A stretch of DNA of 44,886 bases from Treponema sp. Lineage in GTDB: Bacteria > Spirochaetota > Spirochaetia > Treponematales > Breznakiellaceae. The translations under genes were made by a program, and so were the position numbers. The DNA is taken from positions 1-44,886 of the forward strand of contig JAISTO010000036.1 of assembly GCA_031272575.1 (NCBI GenBank), read 5' to 3'. Below are positions 1-9,441 of the stretch, one piece after another (position 1 is the first letter of the stretch; each line of letters opens with the position of its first letter). Below the pieces are notes generated by a model. The model had not been told where the DNA came from. It saw only the letters and a list, made by a program, of their open reading frames with translations, and did no database searches.

Positions 1-132
1 CGGGGGGGAGTGGCTTGCGCCTGGCTCGTAAGTCGCGCGTACTACCGGACAGTTTCACGGTAGTACGCGCATCCCACTTGCAACGCGCACCCTACTCCCC
101 ACTCCCCACTCCCTATTCCCCCCCCCGAGGAC

Positions 133-163
133 TTGACGCGGGGACCGGCCCTTGCGGTATACT
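133..163 (+). promoter_or_regulatory. candidate sigma70-type promoter in leaderless layout
   Basis: TTGACG (133-138), 19-nt spacer, TATACT (158-163). ATG 171 lies 7 nt after the -10 and there is no Shine-Dalgarno. Confidence 0.35.
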
Positions 164-170
164 AAGACTG

Positions 171-827
171 ATGAAAGCACTTGTTCCATTTGTGTTATAC
201 CTCCCGATCGCCTCCAGCCTCGCCGCCCAAGTCAGCAGCCGTTTTTCAATCGGCCCGGAATGGGGAAAAACAGCCGAGGTAAACGCAAACCATGATGAAA
301 GCACCCAAAGCGCCCTGGGAGCGGGGGCTGCCAATTACACCCTGTTCGGCGTCCAGCGAGGCGGCGGAAAGCCGAAGCCCGCCTTTGGTTTTTTTGTCCG
401 CGCGGATGCGCTCTTTCCCGGCGCAATCCCGGAGGAGAACGATCTGATAATATACGACTTTTCCCTCCAGGCGGATGTGCTGGCAGGTCTTGCCTTCGGA
501 GCGGGGCTGAGCGGCAGATTGGACTTTTACCTCGGCGCCGGCCCTGACGCGCAGGGTTTGTTCTGTCTGTATCAGACCAGCCCGCCGGGCATGGGCACGG
601 TGAAGTATGAAAGAAACGCCCTGCGTTTGGGGCTTGGCCTGGATAGCGGCATCAACTATCATCTGGCAAAGCGCTTTTTTCTTAACGCCGGAGTCGTCCT
701 TGCTTTTTATTTTTCCGAGTACGAGACCATGCGATCCCGGTTTGGCGATTATTCGGGCTTTGCGGCTTCGTATTTCGGCTTTGCCGCGAAGATCTACCTG
801 GGGCTCGGCCTGGAGCTAACGCCATGA
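171..827 (+). CDS. putative outer-membrane beta-barrel protein with signal peptide
   Basis: Part of ORF 15..827. The internal ATG at 171 yields MKALVPFVLYLPIASSLAAQ. The body is Gly/aromatic-rich with an alternating pattern. The stop overlaps the next start (ATGA at 824-827). Confidence 0.5.
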   Translation: MKALVPFVLYLPIASSLAAQVSSRFSIGPEWGKTAEVNANHDESTQSALGAGAANYTLFGVQRGGGKPKPAFGFFVRADALFPGAIPEENDLIIYDFSLQADVLAGLAFGAGLSGRLDFYLGAGPDAQGLFCLYQTSPPGMGTVKYERNALRLGLGLDSGINYHLAKRFFLNAGVVLAFYFSEYETMRSRFGDYSGFAASYFGFAAKIYLGLGLELTP

Positions 828-1798
828 ATAGCCTTGTTCGGCAGGCCGGTTGGCTGCCTCCAATCAGGCGGGTTTTTGTCTGCGCGTCCGCGCTGCTGAC
901 GGCGTCCTGTCCGCAGAATCCGCTTGACGTTTACAATTATGAAGGCAATAGTTCGGTTGTCGAAGATGCCGCGCCCCTGCATATCTTTCTGATCGGCCTG
1001 GATGGATGGGGGTCTTTCAGTCTTCCGCGGGCCGAGATGCCGGTGATAAAACGCATGATGGAAAACGGCGCATACACGCTGGCAGCCAAGGCGGTCATGC
1101 CCTCCCGAAGCGCGCCGAACTGGGTTTCCATGCTAAGCGGCGTCCCGCCGGCCCTGCACGGGTACACCCAAAACACCGCAAAGCCCCTGTTTACCCCGGC
1201 AATCACCGACGAAGACGGCCGTTATCCCAACGTCATCACGCTCCTGTCGAAATTGCGGCCCGACTGCGCGATAGGCGTTTTTTACGAGTGGGAGGGCATT
1301 GGGGATATTTTCCCTGTTTGCCGCGCCGCCGTGGAAGCGCAGCTTCCGGACCTTTCCTCAAACCGGGAAACGCTGGAACCCATTCTCAATTATATTGACG
1401 GTCTCAGGGCCAGCCTAAGTTTTACCTTTGTGCATTTTGACGGCGCGGATCACGCGGGTCATTCGGCGGGCTACGGTTCTGACGCTTACTACGATATGCT
1501 GCGCGGTCTGGACGGCTTTGTCGGCGAAATTGAACAGGCGGTGAGAGACGCGGGTCTGATGGATAACGCCGTCTTTATTATCAGCGCGGATCATGGCGGA
1601 AAAGGAAACGACCACGGCGCCGATACCATCGAAGAACGGGAAATCCCCCTGATCCTGTACGGAAAGAACATCAAAAGCGGAACCGTCATCCCCGGCCCGG
1701 TGGACATTTACGACATAGCGCCGTCAATAGCGGCCCTGTTCGGCATTTCCCCGCCCACCGTATGGACGGGGAATCGTTTGCCTCTTCAGAACCCGTAA
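824..1798 (+). CDS. alkaline-phosphatase superfamily, type I phosphodiesterase/nucleotide pyrophosphatase (NPP) family
   Basis: Motifs GLDGWGS, SAPNWVSMLSG, HFDGADHAGH and ISADHGGKGNDHG resemble the metal-ligand/nucleophile motifs of this family. Confidence 0.75.
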   Translation: MNSLVRQAGWLPPIRRVFVCASALLTASCPQNPLDVYNYEGNSSVVEDAAPLHIFLIGLDGWGSFSLPRAEMPVIKRMMENGAYTLAAKAVMPSRSAPNWVSMLSGVPPALHGYTQNTAKPLFTPAITDEDGRYPNVITLLSKLRPDCAIGVFYEWEGIGDIFPVCRAAVEAQLPDLSSNRETLEPILNYIDGLRASLSFTFVHFDGADHAGHSAGYGSDAYYDMLRGLDGFVGEIEQAVRDAGLMDNAVFIISADHGGKGNDHGADTIEEREIPLILYGKNIKSGTVIPGPVDIYDIAPSIAALFGISPPTVWTGNRLPLQNP

Positions 1799-3753
1799 CT
1801 CGCGCCCAGCGTGAACTGCGCGTCGAAGGCATTCACCCCCTTGATGTTCCCCTTGTTGGCCACGAACACGAAATCCGCCTGGCCGTAAACAGCAAGGCTT
1901 TTGACGCCGGGCATATCCCGCAGGATGTTCCACGCGCCTGAAAGGGACAGGGCCGTAAGGTAGTAGGGCGCGTTGCGGGCGGCGGCGTTTTCGTCGGCGT
2001 AGTTCCCCTGGTAGTGGTGGTCGGTGGGGGTGCTCTGGTAACCCGGGCGGTTCTGGTAATCACCCGCGGCATCTAAGCCAGCGTCCCAGCCGGCGCTGTT
2101 GTCCTCGATGTCGACCGCCGACCAGCGGGTCCACTTGTCGAAGGTGCCGTGCACCATGAACATGAGGTTGGCGCCGGCGCTCCACTTGCCGAAACTGCGG
2201 TACGCGGCGTTGGCGTTGAGCACGATGGCGTCGCCGCCCCAGCGGTAGCCGAGAAACTCCTCCACAAAGAGAAGCGGGGCGCCATCAGCGGCCGAATAGT
2301 AGCGGTTCGCCACCACATAGTTCAGTTCGCGGTTCTTTTTATTCGCGGTCATGCGCTGGGCGCGGAGGTACAGGTAGGGGTCGGTATAGGCGCCCTCAAA
2401 GGAGCCTGAAAGCATGCCGCCCCAGAGGGGGAAGGCCGTCTTTGCGCCCAGCATGAAGCCAAAGGCGTCGGGGTTGGCGTCGTCATCGGCGCCGGGCGCG
2501 GGCTCGCCGGGCAGGTGAAAGTCGTCCACCGCGATCTGGCCGTAGAGGTTGAGCGCCGGCAGGGCCGCCCAATCCACCTCCAGGCTCAAGAGGGAATTGG
2601 CATCGTAGGTGCGGTACAGGTTGTGCATGAGTATCGTGGGAAGGAAGTACTGCAAGTCCGCCTGCCCATCCTCCGGCTGGTACATGATAGCCTCGGAAAG
2701 GGCCATGTTCACCTTGTTGAATAGGCGCCATTCAAGCCGGTGGGCGATAAAAAAGTTCAGGCCATCGTGCGTCTGGCCGGCATCGTCATTCCAGACCACC
2801 GTCTCATTTTCATCGGTCGTGTAATACTCATTCGGCGAAGGAAAACCGGACACATTGAAAAGGTACTTGAACTGGTCATTGTAGGCCGTAAGGCGGACGT
2901 TGTTGTGATAGTCCACCTGGCTTCCCACCATAAAGTTGCCCGATTCCCCCGGCCCCCAGGAGAGCCGCTCCCGGCCGATTTCCAGGTTGAGGCCGGGCAC
3001 TCCCAGGGAAATAAACGTCCGGTTCGGGAAGTTGAAGTTCAGGTCGTTCAGTGTCGCGGGCGGCACCATGGGGATGTTTGTGCTGAAGGCGGAGGAGCCG
3101 AAAAAGGCCGATCCAACGGATTTTTTGCCGTTCTCGTCGAGAATGGCGTTGTACTTTTCGTTTCCCAGGGAAAACTCCCCGAAGCCGTAGGCGTAGGGCG
3201 TAAGGCGCAGTTCAAAATCCAGGGCCAGGAACGGCTTTGTCAGGTTCATGGGCCGAATGTAGTCGTCCAGGCGGGTAAAATCTTCGGGGTTGCTGTGAGC
3301 GTAGGCCTCGGCCGTCACCGCGCCTGAAAAGGTGAAGGCCCGCGCCGGCGCCTTGAGTGTCCGCTCCGCGTACTCGTAGGCGGCCCGCTCCCCGTCGGCC
3401 AGGTTCTCCGTATCAAGCCGCCCCAGCATGAGCAGCAACTCGTCTTCAGTCCAGGGCCCGGAGGTAGACGGCAGCGCCAGCCCCGCTCTGATATAGAGGG
3501 CTTTGATCGCCTGGTAGACCTCGCTGTCGATGGGGTAGACCTTCTGGTGGTTCCCCGCCTGCGCAAAAGCCGCCTGCGCACACAGCGCAAAGCAGAGCGC
3601 CGCCCCCGCGATTAACGCGCCGCGCCGCTTCCCCCCCCACGCGCCCCATGACGCGCTTTTTTGCGCCACGGGGGGGGGGGGACAAATTTTCACTTTAGAG
3701 AAACTGGACATATTATGAGCGCCCGGTCTCTCCATGTAACATACATTCTGCAT
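1786..3753 (-). CDS. large secreted/outer-membrane protein of unknown function with a C12 tract in its leader
   Basis: Part of ORF 1786..3891. AAAGGAG plus 6 nt precedes ATG 3753. The N-terminus is MQNVCYMERPGAHNMSSFSKVKICPPPPVAQKSASWGAWGGKRRGALIAGAALCFALCAQAAFAQ. The signal peptide lies 3' of the tract and the body is aromatic/Gly-rich. Confidence 0.6.
   Translation of the reverse strand: MQNVCYMERPGAHNMSSFSKVKICPPPPVAQKSASWGAWGGKRRGALIAGAALCFALCAQAAFAQAGNHQKVYPIDSEVYQAIKALYIRAGLALPSTSGPWTEDELLLMLGRLDTENLADGERAAYEYAERTLKAPARAFTFSGAVTAEAYAHSNPEDFTRLDDYIRPMNLTKPFLALDFELRLTPYAYGFGEFSLGNEKYNAILDENGKKSVGSAFFGSSAFSTNIPMVPPATLNDLNFNFPNRTFISLGVPGLNLEIGRERLSWGPGESGNFMVGSQVDYHNNVRLTAYNDQFKYLFNVSGFPSPNEYYTTDENETVVWNDDAGQTHDGLNFFIAHRLEWRLFNKVNMALSEAIMYQPEDGQADLQYFLPTILMHNLYRTYDANSLLSLEVDWAALPALNLYGQIAVDDFHLPGEPAPGADDDANPDAFGFMLGAKTAFPLWGGMLSGSFEGAYTDPYLYLRAQRMTANKKNRELNYVVANRYYSAADGAPLLFVEEFLGYRWGGDAIVLNANAAYRSFGKWSAGANLMFMVHGTFDKWTRWSAVDIEDNSAGWDAGLDAAGDYQNRPGYQSTPTDHHYQGNYADENAAARNAPYYLTALSLSGAWNILRDMPGVKSLAVYGQADFVFVANKGNIKGVNAFDAQFTLGASYGF
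3670..3681. repeat. homopolymer G12 (C12 on the coding strand)
   Basis: 12 consecutive G counted by hand. It encodes PPPP between the start codon and the signal peptide of the 1786..3753 gene and is currently in frame. Confidence 0.9.
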
Positions 3754-3772
3754 AGTATCTCCTTTGAAAAAG

Positions 3773-3801
3773 AGTATGCGGAAAAAGCGCGGGTATGTCA
3801 A
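3773..3801 (-). promoter_or_regulatory. candidate promoter for the 1786..3753 gene
   Basis: Minus strand reads TTGACA, 17 nt, CATACT, followed by AAAGGAG and ATG 3753. Confidence 0.4.
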
Positions 3802-3847
3802 TGGGGGCGCACGGGACACTGTCAACAAGTTAAGAAAAGGGACAACC

Positions 3848-3874
3848 GTCATTCCGCGGCTTGACCGCGGAATC
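3848..3874. repeat. REP-like palindromic repeat, short form
   Basis: gtcattccgcggcttgaccgcggaatc. Its reverse complement differs at 1 nt from the 27-mers at 9861 and 20261. A degenerate second copy lies at 3957-3978. Confidence 0.8.
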
Positions 3875-4009
3875 TCTACCAAAATGGCCATTTTGAGGAG
3901 TAGATTGCGTAGTTCGGTTAAAACCGAACTATGTCAAGCCCGGCAAAGTAACAATCGTCATTCCGCGTCTTGCGCAATTAACGGTGTTTCACGTGAAACA
4001 TCTGGCGCG

Positions 4010-5674
4010 TTAGACAGCCGCCGCTTCAAACAGGTCATCCATGTCGTCATCTTTTAAGGGATCGACGTTTCCCGCGCTGCGGAAGACTTTTTTGAAAAAG
4101 GCGACGATCGCCACGAGGAAGGGGAGGCTGTAGCGGAACGGGAGCGCGATGCGTACCGTGTTCAACAGTTCCTTTGGGTTCAGGTTGAAGAGTACCGGCC
4201 AGGGCGCAAGGACGCCGTCGGGGAAGAGGCGCGCGGAGACCGCGGCGCATTCCTCGCTCGCGCCGACTTCCTCGTAGACCGCCTGTAGGCGCTCGTCATC
4301 GAGGATCTGCGCAAGGAGCGGGTCTATTTGTTCCGTGTAGCGGCGGAGGAGGAGCGTCAGCGCCTCTTCTGATTCCATGGCCGCTTCTTTGCGATAGTCC
4401 CGCAGTATACGGCTCCACCGTTTTATAAGCGCGGTTTTCAGATGCGCGGCGGTTTCCAGAATGCGGCGGAGGCAGAGGACGAAAACTTTTGTTTTGCAGA
4501 CGAAGAGCGGCTCTGCCTCCGATGCCGGCGTCTGAATAACGAGCAGATCAGGCAGAGCGCCGTCCTGCGTCGTTTCAATCCGTTTGAGTATCCAGTCAGT
4601 TAAATCGTCCGTCGAATAACGGCCGAGCAGCGGAGCGCCTTTTCTATCCTGAAAAGCGCGTATGTCATCAAGGCGAAAAAGAAAGGGCGGCCTCTTGAAG
4701 CATTGTTCCAATTCCTTCAGCGCCAGTTCGCGCACCTGTTTTCGCGCCGCGATATCTTTGAAACAATGACTCAGCGCATCGATCATCAGCGCGCTTTGAA
4801 TGACGGCAAGGTCTTCACTCAAATGCACATTGCCCTCTTCGACCTCCTGCTTGAGCACGTTGCAAAAAAACGACCAGAAGGTGTACGAAGATTCTTCACC
4901 CTCAAGAAGCGCATCCCGGCAAATCCAGGGCTGCAGCACTATGCGGTTGAGTATGCCGTTCAAAAAAGGTTCGCGTCCTTTAAAAAGCGGCAAAAGTTTA
5001 AACGTGAAATAATCTTTGTTGTTGCTGTCTTCGAGACGCCCCTGCACTTTTAAGATCGCGGTCTCGAGTAACTGCCGGGGAATCATATCTGAGAGGAGAA
5101 GGATAGAGCCGAAATCGGCGGGGAGGCTAATCTTGATAATCTCAGGCTGCGGGCCGGACGCGCAGACGGCATCGTCATCTGCAGAGGGGCTTTCCGCGTT
5201 CACCGGATGCTCATCATCACTTTTGCTGTCTTGTGTTTCCGCCTGCGCCGCCGCGCGCTCCGCGTTTTTTTCCGTCAGGGTTTTGATGAAGTCGATAAAC
5301 TCATGCGCGCGATCCAGATCGAGATGCAGGATGCGTTCCGGGGGAAGGCGTATGCCGAGCGTTTCCTCGCTGGGAAAGGGCAGTTCTTTTTTGCGCATAC
5401 CCTCGCGGTACGCGGCGCGAATGCGGCGGCGGCACAGGTGGGGCAAAAAAATGCTTTCGCCGCGGCCCGTGCTTAAGAGTTCGCAGAGCCCGGTTTCCGC
5501 GAGCGCCTCGAGCGCGGCGTCCAGCGCGGCCGCATCCGCCAGTTCGGGATGTTTGCCGAAAATCCGCGCCTGTTTCCCGACATACGAAAAAAAAGTTTCC
5601 CGCTTTATCCAGACCGCGTTGTTCCGCTCCGCGCAGTCTTCAAGAAGCCGCGCCGTATCACCCTTTTGCAACAC
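4010..5674 (-). CDS. hypothetical protein (554 aa)
   Basis: Long ORF overlapping the upstream gene by 17 nt (operon layout). No motif recognised. Confidence 0.55.
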   Translation of the reverse strand: MLQKGDTARLLEDCAERNNAVWIKRETFFSYVGKQARIFGKHPELADAAALDAALEALAETGLCELLSTGRGESIFLPHLCRRRIRAAYREGMRKKELPFPSEETLGIRLPPERILHLDLDRAHEFIDFIKTLTEKNAERAAAQAETQDSKSDDEHPVNAESPSADDDAVCASGPQPEIIKISLPADFGSILLLSDMIPRQLLETAILKVQGRLEDSNNKDYFTFKLLPLFKGREPFLNGILNRIVLQPWICRDALLEGEESSYTFWSFFCNVLKQEVEEGNVHLSEDLAVIQSALMIDALSHCFKDIAARKQVRELALKELEQCFKRPPFLFRLDDIRAFQDRKGAPLLGRYSTDDLTDWILKRIETTQDGALPDLLVIQTPASEAEPLFVCKTKVFVLCLRRILETAAHLKTALIKRWSRILRDYRKEAAMESEEALTLLLRRYTEQIDPLLAQILDDERLQAVYEEVGASEECAAVSARLFPDGVLAPWPVLFNLNPKELLNTVRIALPFRYSLPFLVAIVAFFKKVFRSAGNVDPLKDDDMDDLFEAAAV

Positions 5675-7361
5675 TCAGCGCCTCTTCTCCCAAAGTGTCT
5701 ATTTCATCCAAAATCGTGTTCATGGCCCGCAGGGTATCCGCGGCCGCCTGGACCTCTTCGGCAAACTGCGCGTCTTTGTTCAGGAAAAACGTCAGGTTGG
5801 CGAGTAAGTTGTGATTCAAGATGCCGTCCAGCGTTGCCGCGACCTCTTCCGCGGCGGTCTGCGCGCTGGCAACCAGATCGGCGGCCTCTTTGGACGCCTT
5901 GTCGACAATGGACCTGATCTGCTGCATCTTGCCCCGGCCCCGTTCCACATCATCCTTCGCCTGCAGGTAGCGGGCGCCGTACTCGCCGTGCGGCGCTATG
6001 CGGCTTTCGAGAAAGCGTATGTCATCCTCTGTTTTGATTAACTCGTTGTAGCGCTCGGTAAAATCCGTGCGGTTTTCGACGCGGTAAAAGACGCCGTTCA
6101 AAATGATCGGTTCTATTATTTTGGTTATGCGCGCGAAAAACACCTCGGTGTTAAAAGTGGACAGGAACGATATGCTGAGTTCGTCTTTGAGCGGGAACCC
6201 GTCGGGGTTATGCACAGAATAGAGATTTTCGAGTAATTTGAGATTTGAGCCGTTCAGTATTTTGCTGAAAGACGCGGCAAGTTCTTTTTTCTTTTGCTCG
6301 GTTGCGCGGCGTTCCAGAGCCGCGTCAATTTGACGTTTCCAATATTCGCGATAGACGGGGAGCCAATCCTCGCCGCCGGTGATGCCGCTGGGAACGAGTT
6401 CGACGTTGCGGTTCCCGCAGCGGAGCACCTGCGTGAGCGGTACATTGCGGTTGAACTCGCGGATGACTTTGAGTGAGTCTTCCGCGCGTTCCAGCAGTAT
6501 AGCAAGTTCCCGATGCAGATCGAGATTGTCATTCATATCCGCTTTCCCCCGCAAAAGAAAAATGAAAAGCGATTCCAGGAGGGGGAGGGGGGGGACCACC
6601 GCAAGCGAGAAAAGGATATCGTTGAGAGCGGAGAGGTAGCCTGAGGTCTGCCCGAACATGGCGGTGCGGCCTTTGCTGACATTCGCGGAAGTGAAGGCGC
6701 TTATCAATTTATCAAAAGGAAAGCCGGACAGTCTTTTTAAACAAAAAAGACAGCGCACATCAAAATACATCTGCGTCCGCTGCTCTTCGGAAATTGAATC
6801 GAACGCTTCGTCGAGCGCCCGCGATGCAAGTTGATGCAGATCCGGTTCCGCGCCTTTGCCGCCGGCAATATCAAAAGTGAGTCCGCGGATTTTTTGTAAC
6901 TGCTTATGCACCGAAGGCATTTCCAGAGAACCCAAAAAACCGAAGAACGCGCCCTTGTCCCGATTGAAGCCTTCGTCCAGCGCCGTGTAAAAAAAGCGCG
7001 AGGCGTTTTTCAGGCGTTCCACCTGCACAGAAAACATACCGAGCAGCAGGTACCTTCGGTAATCGTAAATGCCGGGAAATTGCTTTTCGATAGCCTTACC
7101 CAGTTTTTTTATCTGCCGGTCAGTAAGGAGTTCCGCCTTTGAACGGCCGGTTAAGAGGCTTTTCAAAAAGAGCAAAATTCGCAAAAAAAGTGAAATTCGG
7201 TTGTACGACGTCATAGTCCCCGGATGGGCATACTCCTCCCGGGTTTCATAGAGAAGTTCGGAAGAGATAACCGACCTATCTTTTAATTTTTCGAGCAACT
7301 CCTGTCTTTCTTCGAGCGTCAAATCCGCAATGAGCGCGTCAAAAGTTCCGAACTCAGACAT
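5658..7361 (-). CDS. hypothetical protein (567 aa)
   Basis: Long ORF with an AT-rich upstream region and GGAGGAAAAATG at the start. No motif recognised. Confidence 0.55.
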   Translation of the reverse strand: MSEFGTFDALIADLTLEERQELLEKLKDRSVISSELLYETREEYAHPGTMTSYNRISLFLRILLFLKSLLTGRSKAELLTDRQIKKLGKAIEKQFPGIYDYRRYLLLGMFSVQVERLKNASRFFYTALDEGFNRDKGAFFGFLGSLEMPSVHKQLQKIRGLTFDIAGGKGAEPDLHQLASRALDEAFDSISEEQRTQMYFDVRCLFCLKRLSGFPFDKLISAFTSANVSKGRTAMFGQTSGYLSALNDILFSLAVVPPLPLLESLFIFLLRGKADMNDNLDLHRELAILLERAEDSLKVIREFNRNVPLTQVLRCGNRNVELVPSGITGGEDWLPVYREYWKRQIDAALERRATEQKKKELAASFSKILNGSNLKLLENLYSVHNPDGFPLKDELSISFLSTFNTEVFFARITKIIEPIILNGVFYRVENRTDFTERYNELIKTEDDIRFLESRIAPHGEYGARYLQAKDDVERGRGKMQQIRSIVDKASKEAADLVASAQTAAEEVAATLDGILNHNLLANLTFFLNKDAQFAEEVQAAADTLRAMNTILDEIDTLGEEALSVAKG

Positions 7362-7498
7362 TTTTCCTCCGTCATTTTAATATCGGTTTTTTGGAAATAA
7401 TATTGAGGAAAAGAGGGACTATCATTTTTCCCGCTTTGCAACCTTTTTCGCGCTTTGGTGTCTATATGACAACATTGTTTCTATTGTCAGAGGTATCT

Positions 7499-9214
7499 AT
7501 GATCAAAGAACGGAGCCCCTGGAAGGTGCTTGACGCCTATCGGGGCACGGATTTTTCGGGGCTGTGGCCCACACTGCCGGAGTTGTTCCGGATAAACGCG
7601 GGGCGCTTTGCGGAGCGCCCCTGCCTGACGATCTACGAGCCGGGCCGCATAAGCCTCAGCTACGCGGAAACGCTTGCGCGGGTCGAGGCTATAGCCCGCT
7701 GGCTTGCCGGCGCGGGCGGCGTGGCAAAGGGCGACCGCGTAGCCATTAGCGGCAAAAATTCGCCGGAGTGGGCCGCGGCCTACCTCGGCATCCTCTTCGC
7801 GGGCGCGGTGGTGGTCCCCATCGACTACCAACTCAAAAACGAGGAGACCGCCCTCCTTATCAAGGCCGCGGGCGCGAAGGTCCTCTTTGTTGACGAGGAA
7901 AAATACCCCGTGTTCCGCGACGCGCCCGCGGGGCTGCGGCATATCATCTCGCTGAAAAAGGGCCCGGGCCTCGGCGACTATGTCTACGATATAGACGGCC
8001 CCCGCAAGGCCATCCCGCAGGCTGCCGAGAGCGACCTGGCCGCTATCCTTTTCACCTCCGGTACGACCGGCGTGCCCAAGGGGGTCATGCTCACTCACCA
8101 GAACCTCGTGGCGGACTGCTACCTGGCCCAGGGGCACCTCGACCTCTTCAAAGAGGACGTGTTTTACGCGCTGCTGCCCATCCACCACTCGTACACGATG
8201 CTGGCGGTCTTTATCGAGACCCTCTCCTGCGGGGCCGAGGTGGTCTTCGGCAAGCGCATGGTCACCAAGGCCATCCTGAAAGACCTCAAAGAGGCGAAGA
8301 TCACGATGCTGCTGGGGGTACCGGTGCTCTTCAACAAGGTGCTGGCCGGCATACTGCGGGGCATACGGGAAAAAGGGCCGGTCGTGTACGGGGCCGTGCA
8401 GGTCCTCATGGGCATATCCGGGGCCATCAAAAAGATGACCGGCAAAAACCCGGGGAAAAAACTCTTTCACACTATCCTGGACAAGGCGAGCCTGACTACC
8501 CTGCGGGTCTGCATCTGCGGGGGCGGCCCCCTTGCGCCGAGCGTCTTCCGCAAGTACAACCAGATGGGCATCGACTTTATCCAGGGCTATGGCCTTACGG
8601 AGACGAGCCCGATCATCACCCTGAACCCGATCGAGCACTACAAGGAGACGAGCGTTGGGCGGGTGCTGCCGCAGACCGAAATGAAGGTGCTCTCTCCGGA
8701 CGAGCGCGGCATAGGCGAGATCGCGGTGCGCGGCCCCATGGTCATGCGCGGCTACTACGAGAACGCGGCGGAGACGGCGGCGGTCTTCACGGAGGACGGG
8801 TTCCTGAAAACCGGGGACCTGGGCTACCTGGACAGCGAGAACTACCTGTACCTCACGGGCCGCGCCAAGAACATGATCGTGACCGAGGGGGGCAAGAACG
8901 TGTACCCCGAGGAGATCGAGAATGAGTTCCAACTCTTCGAGGAGATTGACCAGATCCTGATCCGGGGCTTCGTGCAGGACAAAAAAATGAAGATCGAGGG
9001 CATAGAGGCGCTCGTGTACCCCAACCCGGAACTGAAGGACGAAGCCGGAGCCCCCCTCGCGCCCGAGGCGCTGAGAGCCCGCATCGAGGCGATTATCTCC
9101 TCGGTGAACCAGCGCCTCCTCCCCTACCAGAAGATCGCCCGCACGGTGCTGCTCACGGAGCGCATGGAGGAAACGACCACGAAAAAAATCAAGCGGGATG
9201 AGGTGCGCGCTTGA
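7499..9214 (+). CDS. AMP-dependent synthetase/ligase, long-chain acyl-CoA synthetase-like
   Basis: AMP-binding signature FTSGTTGVPKGVMLTH, plus GYGLTETSP and TGDLGYLD. Start is taken at ATG 7499 (MIKERSPW) after AGAGG. Confidence 0.85.
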   Translation: MIKERSPWKVLDAYRGTDFSGLWPTLPELFRINAGRFAERPCLTIYEPGRISLSYAETLARVEAIARWLAGAGGVAKGDRVAISGKNSPEWAAAYLGILFAGAVVVPIDYQLKNEETALLIKAAGAKVLFVDEEKYPVFRDAPAGLRHIISLKKGPGLGDYVYDIDGPRKAIPQAAESDLAAILFTSGTTGVPKGVMLTHQNLVADCYLAQGHLDLFKEDVFYALLPIHHSYTMLAVFIETLSCGAEVVFGKRMVTKAILKDLKEAKITMLLGVPVLFNKVLAGILRGIREKGPVVYGAVQVLMGISGAIKKMTGKNPGKKLFHTILDKASLTTLRVCICGGGPLAPSVFRKYNQMGIDFIQGYGLTETSPIITLNPIEHYKETSVGRVLPQTEMKVLSPDERGIGEIAVRGPMVMRGYYENAAETAAVFTEDGFLKTGDLGYLDSENYLYLTGRAKNMIVTEGGKNVYPEEIENEFQLFEEIDQILIRGFVQDKKMKIEGIEALVYPNPELKDEAGAPLAPEALRARIEAIISSVNQRLLPYQKIARTVLLTERMEETTTKKIKRDEVRA

Positions 9215-9255
9215 TGGCTTGAGTGAAGGGCGCCGCCCCGGCGGGGCGTCACCCT

Positions 9256-9441
9256 TCACCAGCCGAAATCCGCATGGCTTCCGGTGCGGGCGGCGGTCGG
9301 GTGGTCCCGATGCCTCGGCGCGAGGGGCACAAAATTTGCCAGCATATCCAGAATCTCCGTAAGTTTTTCCGGGTTCTTGCCGCGTCTGACCATTCGCTTT
9401 AAATCCTGTTTCATCCTGCCGGAGAATTCGATTTCAAGCAT
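9256..9441 (-). CDS. YafQ/RelE-family toxin remnant with an internal deletion
   Basis: IEFSGRMKQDLKRMVRRGKNPEKLTEILDMLANFVPLAPRHRDHP aligns with the N-terminal half of YafQ. It then jumps directly to the C-terminal RTGSHADF. About 30 residues of the catalytic core are absent. Confidence 0.55.
   Translation of the reverse strand: MLEIEFSGRMKQDLKRMVRRGKNPEKLTEILDMLANFVPLAPRHRDHPTAARTGSHADFGW

Noticed and set aside
6571-6584. G5-A-G8 run inside the 5658..7361 gene as another phase-variation site
   Set aside because: It is interrupted by an A (longest pure run is 8), lies mid-gene and is in frame. It is much weaker than the 11-12-nt tracts at 5' ends.
7487-9259. 590-aa ORF antisense to the acyl-CoA ligase gene
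   Set aside because: It is an Arg/Gly/Pro/Ala-rich shadow ORF typical of high-GC DNA. The sense strand carries clear AMP-binding motifs and the antisense ORF has no motif or start context.
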